Below the pieces are notes generated by a model. The model was not told the origin of the DNA and searched no databases. It saw only the letters and a list, made by a program, of their open reading frames with translations. DNA of 64,000 nt from Mobula hypostoma (taxonomy: Eukaryota). The stretch spans positions 224,566,001 to 224,630,000 of the forward strand of contig NC_086097.1 in assembly GCF_963921235.1 (NCBI RefSeq), in the 5' to 3' direction. Positions within the stretch are counted from its first letter, which is position 1. Every line of letters starts with the position of its first letter. Of this stretch, positions 35,991-49,759 are shown one piece after another. Made by a program: the position numbers and the translations under genes.

Positions 35991-38900
35991 GGCCATACTT
36001 GAAGCGTAGTATGACTTGGTTCACTGAATACTGAAAAAAAGCAAATTGATAAATTCATTATCAATTCTATGTAAAAACAATTTCTGAAATGAATTTGAAA
36101 TAAAGTGGTATTAATGCAAAATTCCACTAATATCTACACTGTCCACAATCATTAATAACTGTGTGAAACCACTATTTCAGGAAGTGTTTGCGCATGTGTG
36201 CACATACTAGTCTAAGTCTATGAAAGCCTCCTTGCCTTAAGAACATACAGATAATGTTTCCAGAGCTGAAAGTGTGGTACAAACAGTAGATTGACCGCAC
36301 TGGTGGCTTGGTCTGGGAAAAGTGAGTAGAGCCGAGTGCCTCCATGGATTGAAAATAAACAGCCAAATCCCTTGTGGCAGAAGGCTGGTGAATGATTGAA
36401 ATGCAAATGATGTGTGATCATGAATGAACAGACTTGGTAGAGAACAGGATAACAAAAGGCGGTTTCTTCATTCTGTCGTTTGGACTATAGCAGTTTTGTT
36501 AAGCCTGTAACAAATACCAGTTTGTCAACCTTCATTTTTACAAGGGTGTTACTATAATAATGATGTGACTGCACAGTCACAATACTAAATTTGTTTATCT
36601 TTGAGCACAATTTGTAAAAGTTGCGCATATTAACAAAATTGTTCTAATTTGTCCCCCTGAAATCAATCATATAGAAAGAGAAGTAATGTAGTTGGGACTT
36701 CACTGTTGTCAGAACTGTGAAAATAGCAGAACTGCCAGCAAAGGCATGTTCATTTTCATCTAATTCCTCACGAGTGCATTAGAGTTCTCTGAAGCTGGAA
36801 GAAGCCATTAAAGAAAACTATTTATACTAGGTAAACTTATTTATAAGTAATAAGTCTGTTAACTTTGTTCAGAAGTGCTCACTACAAGTGCACAGCTGGA
36901 ATGAAGGGAATTTTAGGATTTTATAGTGTGGGACTAAAAATCTGAGGTTATAAGATTAGAATTGGAAAAAAAAATATACGTTTCAACTCCAAAATTCCTA
37001 CTCTTAAGGAGTGAGAAATGCTGAATTAATTCAAATAAGGTGATTGGTGGACACTATGTACCATTTGTAGCCTATGTAATGCTTAATGGCCTTTGATAAA
37101 GTTGTTGTTATGTGCCACACCAGCATTTGCTGGCAATATGCAAGATAGGTTGATGACGCCAAATGTTTTTTGTCTAGACTGTGTATAACAAACTTAGTGC
37201 ATGATCAATAAATACAGTTGGAACTCATCAATCATGTTTTTGCTCCAAATCTGCATTGTCTGTGTAACTGACCATCATTCTGCCCACTGGACTACTTTGC
37301 TGACATGCAACCCAATGCAAGATGCATGTTCCAAGCCTAATTTGTAAATTGGAGCATGCCAAAATACTTATAAATGTTGACTCATCACCTTTTCAGCATT
37401 CATTTTGTACCTGTCTTCTCTGTGCCTTTGTAGCCCAGTCCTTTTACATAGTGTTCCCATCAAAATTAATGGAAGTCTGCCGCGTTTCAGTGTGGCAGAT
37501 TTGAGATGGACTTGGATGAAAACCCAATGCTCTAGACCTTGAAGACCTGACTTTGTATTTGACCTTGGGAAGATGGCAGTATTCTGAACTGTCTGAGAAG
37601 CACTGCCTGAAACAATAGGGTCTGTTGTTATAGGGGATGTGACAGGGTCTTTCGAGAGCCTTTTAGATAGGTACATGGAACTATGCACTAGGGAAATTCT
37701 AGGCAGTTTCTAAAGTAGGTTACATGGTTGGCACAACATTGTGGGCTGAAGGGCCTGTAATGTGCTGTAGATTTCTATGTTCTGTTTTATGAGAGATAGT
37801 AATGGAATCACAAGTACAGCCACATTGGAAGGATTGCAAATTTTTGCTTTGTGGCAAGTGCCATTTCCCGATGTGATGTCTCAGTAATCCCCAGTATCAC
37901 TGATGGATTCTACACTGCACGCTGGTAGCCACAAACATGACAGCAGCAATCAGAGCTGATGGCCAGTAGAGTCAAGACTCACAGGGCATCTTCGTCCTCT
38001 TTCTCCTCTCGATCCTCAGCGTTGCCTGGCTGTGTTATAGATCTTGGCTAAATGAAAGAGAAAAGGCATAAGGAACAAGCTCACCTTTATAACAGAAAAG
38101 ACTGTATGATAACCAAGAACTTTGTAGTGTAAGGGAGAATTAAGGATATTATTACATTGGACGTCCTCCCTAGCTTGCAGCAGGGTTCCATTCCTGAAAA
38201 ATGTTCGTAACTTGCAAATGCAGTGGAGAACTGCATTCCCACGTGGTAGAACATGTCTGCAGTAGCCAAAGGCATACCTCTGATCTTCCAAATGCTTATT
38301 CATGTGTACATAATTCAGCTATTAGGACCCTTACTGCAGGTTAAATCACACTTTCTGGTCACAGACCCCACGACAGTCCCTCCCAAGGTAGACACTAGTC
38401 AGTTCAGAATACTGCGGCCCTGCCAAGGTCAAGTACAAAGCCAGATCCTCAACGTCCAGCTCTGAGTAAGATAGTACAGCAGCACTCTTATCCTCCTTCC
38501 ATCAGCCTATCTGCATGCTATCTTGGAGTAGAAAGTATGCTATCAAAGGAGTAGGAAGTATATCACTGAACGTTGTGTTGTCTGATTTGGGTATATTGAC
38601 TGAATAATTGACTGACAGACTGTGCAGGTTGTGAGGGATGTTTCTGAGGGTTACAGCAATGTTCTGTGAGTGAGGACTGGGAACACTGCTATAAGGTAAA
38701 AGTCCTGATAGGATATTTTTATATGTAGATTATGAGGGTATGATGCATGAATTAGTGTTTGAGTCAAGTTGATGGATTAGAGATCCGTTTTTTAAAAGGT
38801 ATAATACAATGCACAACATACTGGAGGAGCCCAGCAGGTTGGACAGAATCTGTGGAGGGAAATGGACAGTCAACATTTCAGGTCGAGACCCTTCCATCTA

Positions 38901-39887
38901 GGCTGAGGTCTAGAGGGGAGATGACTGGTATAGGAAGGTGGAAGAAAAGGGTGGAGCAAGAGCTTGTGGGTGATAGGTGGATCCTGGTGGGGGGGGGGTT
39001 GATAGTCAGACGGGGAGGGGAGAGAGGGAATAGAATCAGAAGCTGGGAGTGATGATGATGGAATCTGAGGGAAGAGGAAGGTGGAGCAAGGAATGAAGGT
39101 GGGGAGGAGGCCAAGTGTGTATCCCAGGCTGTCATGTCTTTTGCTTGACTCCTTGCTTGTTTGCCATTGCTGTCTCCATTATCCTCTGACAGAGCGGGGA
39201 GGAGAAAATGCTGCCTTTCGACTACAATGCCTATCATACCCCTCTCGGAAATTTGCAGACACTTACAGTTACTGAGGTGCTTTTGAACTGCATTCACAGT
39301 TCTAAAGTAGGAAGTGAGAGAGCACAGAAATGTCTCACAAACAACAAGGAACGCAGACGAGTAAGGAGAAGCAGCTCTGAGGTGCCGTAACGAAGGTCTA
39401 GTCAAAAGGATCACAATGAATATCAAAAGAAAAGGAAGCAAGCAGTTTTGGGAGGAAGTTCCAGAGAGTGGGACTAGCTTGGCAGACCGTACACACCCAT
39501 GCTGGAGTGAAGGAGAATGGCTGCAAAGAAAGGTGAGTCTGGATGACCATTAGAACGCAGGGTGCGAAGGTAGGGAAGAACAGTCTGGAGTATACTGGAG
39601 AGAGATACAGATTTGAGGATGGGGTTTATATTTAACATGTTCAATGCAGGGTTCCAACACCATGCGGATGATGGCAGAAGTGATTCTGTATGGGGTATTA
39701 CATTTTGGACAAACTTTAATATGACTTGACATGAGAAAAGATGGAATTGGAATGGTAATGTGGTGGAAGTGGAAGGAGGTTAAGAGTTTAAATTACAGGT
39801 GTTTGTAGAGATTAGTGGGATTCATGTAAAGCATTGTTGCACAGGAGCAAAATATAGGTCCTCAGAGGTACTTGTGCCTCGAAATTG

Positions 39888-40345
39888 AGAACACTACAGC
39901 ACAGAGATCAGGCCATTCGGCCCTTCTAGTCTGTGCCGAAACTTTATTCCGCTAGTCCCATTGACCTGCACCCAGTACGTAACCCTCCGGACCTCTCCCA
40001 TCCATGTATCTATCCAATTTATTCTTAAAACTTAAGAGCGAGCCTGCATTTACCACATCAGATGGCAGCTTGTTCCACACTCCCACCACTCTGAGTGAAG
40101 GAGTTCCCCCTAATGTTCCCCCTAAACCTTTCCCCTTTCACTCTAAAGCCATGTGCTCTCGTATTTATCTCTCCTAATCTAAGTGGAAAGAGCCTACTCG
40201 CATTTACTCTGTCTATACCCCTCATAATTTTGTAAACCTCTATCAAATCTCCCCTCATCCTTCTACATTCCAAGGAATAAAGGCCTAGCCTGTGCAATCT
40301 GTCCCTGTAACTCAACTCCTGAAGACCTGGCAATGTCCTAGTAAA
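39888..40345 (-). mobile_element. CR1 LINE 3' fragment
   Basis: LPGLQELSYRDRLHRLGLYSLECRRMRGDLIEVYKIMRGIDRV plus 3' UTR. Confidence 0.85.
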
Positions 40346-43085
40346 TGCACTGATTTTTTTTTATTCCCCACTAAAACATTGTTCAGTGATTTCTTTTTTG
40401 CCCAAAATTCAGAATCAGGTTTAATATCACTGGCATATGTCATGAAATTCATTGTCTTTGTGGCAGCAGTACAATGCAATACATAATAACAGAAAAATAT
40501 AGAAATTGTAAATTTGGACAAAGTACACCCATTTTTTAAAAAAAGCAGAAGCAAGATTTGAGTGATTCCTAAAGGAGCTCATCCAATTTCTCAACACTTG
40601 GTTGCATTGCATTCAGATAAGCATGCCAGTGCTTAAAGATATTTCTCCCCCCCCACCCCCCATAACAGCCATGCAGGAGGAATGCTTCAGCTGCCATGGA
40701 GCTAAAGTCTTCCTTGTGTAAGATGGAGGTGGCAATGAGATTGCTCCCACGTAAACTCAAAAGGACATGCAAGTTTAGTGGTCCTGTGTACCAGGAGGCT
40801 GAAGACTCATGAAGTTTATCCCATTTGAGATTCCCTGTAAAGTGGAGCAATGCAGGGAGAAATTCCATGATCTTGCCAGATACGTTCACAACATGGAGAG
40901 TCACAAAGTCTGAACACCTCGTGTGGAGGCTTAGTTTCTTTAAGTAATGTTAGGAAATTTGGAAATTAAGTTAGTTAAATAATTAGAACAGATATTAATG
41001 CATTATATTCAGTACAGGCTTACATGAAGATTACATTGTGATGAATTTTTGTGTGTCATCTGTGCTTCAGTGCCTGGTCATTAAGATATTCCGATGGTAA
41101 TGACTGGAGAGGGTCAGTTTGCTTGTACTTGGAACAATAGTTTCGTAGCTCCTTAGGGAAAAGTCTCTCTCTTCTGCCCTCACTATCCAACAGCGTCCCT
41201 GACAGCTTATGCTGACAACATTCACCTCTTCTGGTGAACTGGGACTTCAGGCTGTAGATACTAATTAAGGACATTCTCTTCTTAGCCACCAGGTGCTTTT
41301 CAGACCATACGGGACTCGGCATCTACTCATTGTTCTTCCTCTAATGCCAGTTTCAAGACTTTGCAGTTTTATTTACCTAAAGCTATGTAAAGGAAATTCC
41401 AAAGAAAAATAATGTGTCCAGCAGATGACCCAAAAACAATGGGGATTAATTTGGAACACATTCCCATTTTAACACTGAAGTTTGAGATATGAAACCCTTG
41501 CTTATCTCCCTAGAAATTGAAGAATATTGCTCTTTACAAAATTGTACAGGATGTTTTGATTATCATCCTGGATTACTAATGTGCATTTCAGGTCTTAATA
41601 ACGTGGACTGCCTCTTTTGGCTATCAGCACTCTTCTTGGACTCAGTCAAATGTATAAGATTTTCAGTCTGATTTCCAAAGTTTTGTGGCTGCTAATTTCT
41701 CTGCTTCTTTCTTTGAATAACTCTTATTTCCAACCTGCAACAGGCTTTTAGTCTGGAATGTTTGGATTAGTGCACCTTTGGTTTTTATCCATTTTTGGAT
41801 TAGCTGGATCAGGGAATGGAGACCTTTGCCATAATCAGGTTTTCACCTTCGCTTCTTGTTCTCTTCAATTGCTTTAGAGTTGAGATTTGATTTTTGATGG
41901 TAGAAGCTGTGTTACAAACTGCTCAGTTGTTCTTTTCCATTTATTTCACAGTGAAAAATGCTAAGCAGTGTAAGAATTTAGAACTTATTTAAATCTTACA
42001 TACATCCCACGTGAGGGAGTAAAAATCTTTGCGTTATGACTCTGTTGCAATGTACAGACATGAATTTACAAGATTCATGGATTATTGGGGGCTATTGATG
42101 TGTTAATTGCTATTTGAAATTATACCTCAGTGCCCTCATCCAATTCAACTTCTCAATAGTAAATGAAAATTGGAAAAAAAAAGTTAGATGCTACAAATCT
42201 AGAATATAAATTGGAAATATTCAGGTCAGATCTGTTGATGGGTCTCAGACTGACTATGTTAACTCTATTTCATTTTCCAAAGTTGCTGTCTGTCCTGAAA
42301 AGTGTTTCCAACATTTTCTGTTTATAATTTCAACTTCCGAACCTCTGATATTTCAGTGGTCTCATCCTCTCTCTATTACATCTATCAGCTACTTTCAAGC
42401 TATAAGCAAGATGAACCAATGGGAAGGCCTTGTCTCAATCCTAAGGACTTCTCATTAGTTTCTCTTGCTCCTTGAATTGGCAAATTATGGTTTCCTTTCA
42501 GTTCTAAATCTTTACATAACTAGTTCATAATCATCTGGTGTCAAATTCTAAAATCCAAATAACATTTTCTCTGAAACTCTCATTTTCCTTATTACTTCTC
42601 CCAAATAACTCTATTTCCTCTTTTAGCCTGGGTGTTCTTATTTCTTACGTTAATTTTTATGCAATAATATTCCAATTCTCAATAACCTGCTTTGTGTTAC
42701 TTTTTATGCAACCTATCCTTCTGCCTCCCTGAGCACCCTATCTATGCCATCACCTCAACGGGTGCTTATAGAAACAGTTTATTATAATGCTTGTTATCCA
42801 ATTTCCAACTGTAAAGTAGAAGTATCTCTACAGATAGATTCTGGTCCTATTGTAACTCTTTCTGTGCTATTAAAGCATTGAAAATTCATGATATGAAAGC
42901 TAATTTCTAACTTCTATAGGGAGCGTTATATGGAGTTCTTTTACGCTGTACTGACCTGAAGAGAAAACAACTGATTATTTTGTGTCATCATAGGTTACAA
43001 ATTTTACACTTTTAAGAAATCTGTCTTGGAAAGTGAGGCTTCCAAGTTTATGAGCTAACTTCTTTTTAAACCATTTGTTATGCAG

Positions 43086-43204
43086 ACGTGGGACGTTGAA
43101 CTGGAAAGGTCTGCAGAATCCTGGGCTTCACAGTGTCTCTGGGAGCATGGACCTGGTTATCTCCTACCATCTATAGGGCAGAATCTGGGTGTACACTGGG
43201 GCAG
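43086..43204 (+). CDS. CRISPLD1: CRISPLD1 coding exon 2 (CAP domain)
   Basis: cag|[39 protein letters not shown](R)|gtattg; 119 nt. Confidence 0.95.
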
Positions 43205-43301
43205 GTATTGTATGTGATAAAAGGCTAAAATAAACTTGTATTGTTTCTGCTATTTTTGATTTCTGAAATTGTATACTTGTTTTTCCATTTTAAATCCTCA
43301 G

Positions 43302-43434
43302 ATACCGGCCTCCTACATTTCATGTTCAAGCTTGGTATGATGAAGTCAGAGATTTTGTATATCCTTATCCACAAGAATGTAACCCTTGGTGTCCCTTTAG
43401 ATGTGTTGGTCCAGTGTGCACCCATTATACCCAG
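43302..43434 (+). CDS. CRISPLD1: CRISPLD1 coding exon 3 (CAP domain)
   Basis: cag|[44 protein letters not shown]|gtatag; 133 nt. Confidence 0.95.
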
Positions 43435-43945
43435 GTATAGTTAACTTGAGTAAGATCTTTATGTGCCTGCTGTTTTAAGTTAAACCTATATGAAATTAGT
43501 TTGAAAATACCTGATGCCAAAGTAAAACTAACACTTGGTTGGGATTTTTATTGTGAAATTGTAATACGAGATGCTCTAAAGAGGCTAGGAATACGTACAT
43601 GACTATTCAAAATAGGGAAAGAGTATTTGGGATGGTATTAAGAACCCTGCAGCCATGCGTCATACTGCATAAATAGCAGCAATGCAGTCCCTTACAATTT
43701 GCACATAAGGTGTTACTTGCACTATCTAATGGGGCAACAGTTCCCATATTGGCCTTGGCAGTCACCACAAAATCTGTCTGGGTAGAGAAACAGGGTAACT
43801 AGTTACCATGAATCTCAAGGGACATCCTTGGAAGGAAAAGATTGCTATTATAGTTTGGGGGGTATGATTCTAGTTGCTTCCTGTTATGCCTTTGAGCATG
43901 CTGTCAGATGCAATGCAAGTTACTTTTCTATTTTCTTTCTTTTAG

Positions 43946-44061
43946 GTAGTATGGGCAACAAGTAACAAAGTTGGCTGTGCCATGAATTTGTGTATAAACA
44001 TGAATGTCTGGGGCCAGGTGTGGCAACAAGCTGTCTACCTAGTTTGCAATTACTCTCCGAA
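43946..44061 (+). CDS. CRISPLD1: CRISPLD1 coding exon 4 (CAP domain)
   Basis: tag|[38 protein letters not shown](K)|gtgagt; 116 nt. Confidence 0.95.
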
Positions 44062-44755
44062 GTGAGTAAAACTATATATATAAGGGAAAAAAAAGGTGAA
44101 ACTCTGTTGGTATATATTATATTTTTTAACTTCAAAACATTAAACATTAATTCTAAGAAAGATACGGGGGTCCAAAATGCAGGTCTAACTTCGAGTTTAC
44201 TTTAAGCGAGGTGCGTGCATATAGATTAAAAATTGCTTAAATAGTTAATTGCAGGATATATGTATGTATACATGAAATGCATACATCATTATGCTGCCTC
44301 AACTCAAACTCAAATATTTCTGAAATATTAAATACACAACAGTATTTTTCTGAGAAAATTTCACACCATTTTCCAGGAAATGTAACATACCTATAATCTG
44401 CCAAGTATTAATGGTGTTTTCATATTCTGGTTACAGAATTAACCTGAGAACCTCATGTAATTTTTTTCCATGGTTTTGTATAAAAGGCATTGTAGCTAAC
44501 ATTTCTGAAGTATCAACATAATTGCACATCTAACATGAGGGATTGATTCCAGTATTAGAATTAACCTGTGGGTTATAGCAAGTTTGAATAGCAGCTCTGC
44601 GTGAGGTCATTGCCATCTATGTGAGAGGCCTAAAGCGCCTTACACCAAACGGGTAGTCCTGGCAGTTCGATTGCAGGAATTCACTGTTGCTCTGTCTTCA
44701 GACCATTAGGTAGTAGAAGGGACTGGATGTTTCTAAAGAGGAATAGTACTGTAGG

Positions 44756-44966
44756 AAGAAAGAAAGCCCTTAACTCCGAGTGGAGTCATCAGGACACCGT
44801 CATGACAGTGTATTTTTTAGCAGGCTTTCTTATTTTTATGAGGGCCGAGTTGCTAGCTCAACGCTCAACCCAGCACAGATGGAAAGCGTGTAAGGGAGCA
44901 GGCCGGATTCGAACTCGGGAGCCTTCGCTCCAAAGTCCAGCGCTGATGCCACTTCGCCACCAGCCG
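44756..44966 (-). mobile_element. tRNA-derived SINE with 11-bp TSD
   Basis: Minus strand ggctggtggcgaagtgg (box A) ... gagttcgaatcc (box B) ... (ttc)n tail. agtactgtagg occurs at 44745-44755 and 44967-44977. Confidence 0.85.
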
Positions 44967-45843
44967 AGTACTGTAGGTGGTGTGGGATATAATTGTTGAG
45001 GAAGAAAGGTGGATTGACTCAGAGGGTAGTGCTGATTGTTTGGGTTGAGATTGGGATTATTGAAGAGAAAAGGGAGAACGGGGCATTGGCAGCATGATTG
45101 GATACTGTGGATCCTCTGGCTGTAATTCACCAGGTGGGGATTCCTTCAACTCATGCCAAAGTAAACTTTTAATTATGGCCTGTGACGTTCCTTAAACTCA
45201 AAGGTCTTGTGCAAGCTGCATAACAATGTGCATTGCAAGCAGCTTGATGTCCTTACACTTACCCAGTGGCCAAGCGCTAGGAGCAAATTACTGCACTTCT
45301 GGGACCAGACCACATTCACTGACTGGATTGTTTAATAAAGTTCTTTTGCTTATTATGCAAAAGAATTCTACATGAAATCTAGAATTTCTAGACCAGTGAG
45401 CGTTACAAATATTTAGTATTCATGAATGAAGTTCATAGTGATTTTGTAATCTTGAATTTCGGTTATTGATAAGCAAATTTGTATTCTCTAGTTTCTAATG
45501 ATTATCTGAACCTTTCCCTTGCATGATTTTCCAGTACTTAGTTCTTCATATTCATAATTATCACTGTATTTACTAATAGCAAAGCAATTCAGGCAGATTA
45601 TACATGAAAGATGGACATCCTTAGAATGTGAACTTGTAACCTTGTTTGGTCACTTTGAGAAATAATGATAGTAACTCCAATTTATTTTCAAATCTCCAAT
45701 CAAAGATAAAGATGATTTAAAAAATTCTGTGAAAAATGTATGAGGGGATAAATGACTGTACATTTATGCTGGAAAAATTGTGTAGTGTAATAAACATCCC
45801 TCCATGAAATATATTTTGATATATCTATGCTTATCATTTTCAG

Positions 45844-45944
45844 GGGAAATTGGTGGGGCCATGCTCCTTATAAACATGGGTCTCCTTGTTCAGCCTGTCC
45901 TCCAAGCTATGGAGGAGGCTGCAGAGATAACCAATGTTACAAAG
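45844..45944 (+). CDS. CRISPLD1: CRISPLD1 coding exon 5 (CAP end and cysteine-rich hinge)
   Basis: cag|[33 protein letters not shown]|gtatat; 101 nt. Confidence 0.95.
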
Positions 45945-46940
45945 GTATATGCTATTGGCTTACTTTACTTTACACTGAAAGTCTTTGAAAATTGTTTTTA
46001 AGCCATGATATTAAAGACCCTGTACACATATCACATCTATGTTTGAATATTCCAAATATTGATCTTACTGTAAATTCAGCTGAAATTCCCTGTAACTTAA
46101 TAAAGTTCTTGTATTGGCATTTGTGACTTGTATTGTTTGCCATGTGAGTGGAATGTAGATAAAAATATCTCTGATGTTTGAGGAGGTATTTTTTAGTCTT
46201 CGGTGTTTACACTAATGTGGCAGGAGCAATATATTAATAAATATGGAATACTTTCTCACGATGAATTGGAGGGTCAGATCTTGTACAGTTTTGATAGAGA
46301 ATTTAAGTGGAGCTTGAAACTGATCTAGAGCTTTACATTGGGCAGAAGAATTAGTATGAATTGTCTTAATAAAGGGCAGGTAAAAATATAATTGACAAAA
46401 TGATTCCTCTGCATCTGCGCGTTCTTTTTAGCCTGGCTTTTCATGTGGGATCTACGCAGAATGTAACAAAATCTAAAGAAAATGCTGTCAGGCAGAGCGT
46501 GTGGAGAGTGAAACTGAGTTAAATTTATATGTTCAAATGGATTTAATATGGTAGATGTGGAGAGAATATTTCCTCTTTATGAGGGAATCTAGATCTCAGA
46601 ATCACATTAAAAATAAGAGATTGCCTATTTAAAACATGTCATAGAACACTATGGCAGAGAAACAGGCCCTTTGGCCCATCTAGTCCATGCTGAACTATTA
46701 TTCCCTCTAGTCTTGTTGACCCCCACCAGGACCATAGTCCTCAATACCTCTGTCATTTAAGTAGTTATCCAAATTTCTCTTAGATGTTGAAATAGAGCCC
46801 TCAGCCACCACTTCCTCTGGTAGCTCTTTCCACACGCTCACTCACACTCATATTTCTGTAGCTTTGAATGGCAATTTTAAATCCCTTTAGAAAAATCTTG
46901 TTTGTCTTTTATCCCTTTTGATTTTTGTTTCATCTTGAAG

Positions 46941-47111
46941 GTGATGAACCAGGTCCATATTATTCTCCTTCGGAACCAGAGGAGGAAACTAATGAGGTTG
47001 AAAGACAAGCGACTAAACCTCAGGAAACACCATCGAATCCATGGACACAAACCGAATCCACAAGAACAGAGCACCTTGATGCAAATGAGATTATAAATAC
47101 CCAGCAAATGT
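46941..47111 (+). CDS. CRISPLD1: CRISPLD1 coding exon 6 (acidic linker)
   Basis: aag|(G)DEPGPYYSPSEPEEETNEVERQ...NEIINTQQM|gtaaga; 171 nt, phase 1-1. The acceptor is AAG and slightly less certain. Confidence 0.85.
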
Positions 47112-48059
47112 GTAAGAACAGCCTGCTTTATATTCTAAAACAAATTCAGTCATTCATTATGTGCTGTGTCATGTGACGTGGGTGATCATGGTATTGACAG
47201 AAGTAGTTTGCCATTGCCTTCTTCTGGGCAGTGGCTTTACAAAACTGGTGACCTTCAACCATTATCAATGCTCTCCGGAGATGGTCTGCTTTGTGTCAGT
47301 GGTCGTATAACCAGGACTTGTGATATGCGAAGACGAAGAACAACTTTAGCCAGAGTGTAGAGTGGAATTCATTGCCTCAGATGGCTGTGGAGGCCAAGTC
47401 ATTTGGGGTATATTTAAGGAAGAGGTCGATAAGGTTCATGATTAGTAAGGGTACAGGCAGAAGGCAGGAGAAAATGTTGAGAGGGAAAATAAATCATCCA
47501 TGATTGAATTGCGGAGCAGACTCGATGGGCCAAATAGCCTCATTCTGCTCCTATGTCTTATGGTCTTTTAGTTTTATAACAGATTGGAAGCAGCAGAACG
47601 TGTATTACTGGAAGGGATTTTTGGTGCTGTGAATATTAGGGAAAGAGTTTGAAAGGATGGTTATTGCTTTCTTGTTGATTGGAGAGGAAGATGCTATGAG
47701 CTTGAGGAAGAGGACTTCAAATGAAGCAACTATCAACGTGGTTGATGTGGAAGGATAGGTACTTCGGAATGCTGTAAGAAGTGGGAATGAAATGAATTGC
47801 AGTGCCATGTTGTTGTTGTTATACCTTGCCATATGATTATGAGAACAAATTAGCCCAATGATACATCTGAATTTGTCATTTGTTCTAAAATTGCTGTTAA
47901 TATCACGGATTTGTAATATTATCCTGCTAAAGGCTTGAGTGGTGGAACTAATACATGATGTAGTTTCACAATTCCTTGATTGTAAAATATCATTTTCTAC
48001 AAACAATAAAATCCCGGAATAGTAACATCTTAAGAACACAAGACCACATTAACGGCATA

Positions 48060-48905
48060 ATTACAATTGCATAACATCAACATCTTACTCAATGTCAGCA
48101 AGACCAGAGAGATGATTATTGACTTCAGGAGGAGGAAACCAGAGGTCCATGAGCCAGTCCTCATCAGGGCGAGCAGAGAAGTGTTCCTTTGTTATCATTT
48201 CAGTGGATCTGATTTGGGTCCAGCACGTAAGTGCCATCACGCACAAAGTATTGAAATTTCCTTAGCGGTTTGCATGTCATATGGCATGTCATCTAAAACT
48301 TTGACAGATTTCAATAGATGAATGGTGGAAGTATATTGACTGGTTGCATCACAGCCTGGTATGGAATTATCAGTGCCCTTGTACAAAAAAGGCCGCAAGA
48401 AGTAGTGGATGTTGCCCAATCCATCTCTGGTAAAGACCATTTACATGGAGCCCTGTCACAGGAAAGCAGTATCCATCATCAAGGACCCCACCCCAACCAT
48501 TCAGGCCATTCTCTCTTCTTGCTGCTGCCATCAGGAAGAAAGTACCGGAGCCTCAGGACCTGCACCGCCAAATTCAGGCACAGTTATTATCTCTCAATTT
48601 TCAGGCTCTTGAACCTGAGGAGATGATTTCACTCAACTTCACTTGCTCCAACACTGTTCCCACTGAATTGGATTCACTTTCAAGGACTCTTCATCTCATT
48701 TTCTCAATATTTATTGCTTATTTATTATTTTTTCTTTTTTTTTTGTATTTGTGCAGTTTGTTTCTTCTTTCAACATTGCTTTTAGTCCTAGCTGTTGGGT
48801 GTGGTCTGTCACTGATCCCTTTGTGCTTACTGTAATTGACCTGAGAAAATGAATCTCGGGGTTGTATATGATAACACAAATGTGCTTTGATAATACGTTT
48901 ACTTT
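48060..48905 (+). mobile_element. Rex1/Babar-like LINE 3' fragment in a CRISPLD1 intron
   Basis: LLNVSKTREMIIDFRR, SILTGCITAWYG and HSLFLLLPSGRKYRSLR, plus 3' UTR. Confidence 0.8.
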
Positions 48906-48977
48906 GAGATGCATTGGGGTACGATGTCTATTCTGAAACTCATTCCAGAAAAATCTTGTCATTTGTTTCTTCTACAG

Positions 48978-49038
48978 CTCAGTTGGTGTCCTGTGAAACC
49001 AAACTACGCGACAGATGCAAGGGAACTACTTGTAATAG
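48978..49038 (+). CDS. CRISPLD1: CRISPLD1 coding exon 7 (start of LCCL1)
   Basis: cag|(S)QLVSCETKLRDRCKGTTCN(R)|gtgaga; 61 nt. Confidence 0.92.
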
Positions 49039-49281
49039 GTGAGAAATGGAGACAAAACTCATTTCCTATACCAGTTGCTGAAGTAACAAAGGCATGTTTA
49101 AAAATGCTTCTTTAATCTTGTTCGGTTTAAATTGAAACCAATTGATAATGAAGCCCTTGTTTTCAGAACATTATTTTCATTTGAATTCTGATGTATTGAG
49201 AGAAATGTATAACTCTAGAAAGTAATAAACTTCTAAAATTTAGACAAGCATCCAGCTTTAATCTTATTTCGCTTGTTATAG

Positions 49282-49348
49282 ATATGAATGCCCAGCTGGT
49301 TGCTTGTACAGTGAAGGAAAAGTAATTGGGACTCTGCATTATGATATG
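49282..49348 (+). CDS. CRISPLD1: CRISPLD1 coding exon 8 (LCCL1)
   Basis: tag|YECPAGCLYSEGKVIGTLHYDM|gtgagt; 67 nt. Confidence 0.92.
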
Positions 49349-49759
49349 GTGAGTTTAAACAAAGTAATGAAGAAATCGTTCCATACTGTGTCAGATGATT
49401 ATCATTTTGGTTTTTCCCTTTTGAAGGCATAAAGCTTGTTCACTTACTAGAATATAAAAGCAGTTTTTGAGGAGTTCTATTGATAATTTTTTACCAATCT
49501 GCAATAATTAATAGGCCTCATGGGAATGATTCAAAAAATGGCCAAAGTGCTTTAACGTTACTTTACTTTTCAGATGAGGCCAAAGCTGGCTGTTGTATCC
49601 TAAGTAAATTAGGCCTATTGTTTTCATAATTAGATACATTTATTAACTAGCCCAATTTAAAGTTTATTTTCAGTCCATGTTAAGTTTCCCTGTTTCCTCC
49701 CATACTTCTGACCTTTAGTTACTTGTACATCTATGCAACCTTTGTTAGTATTCTGCTTA

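Noticed and set aside
44765..44800. CTGATGA plus hairpin on the minus strand of the SINE tail as a hammerhead
   Set aside because: The hairpin is followed by TTAA rather than GAAA, and no stem I or III is evident.
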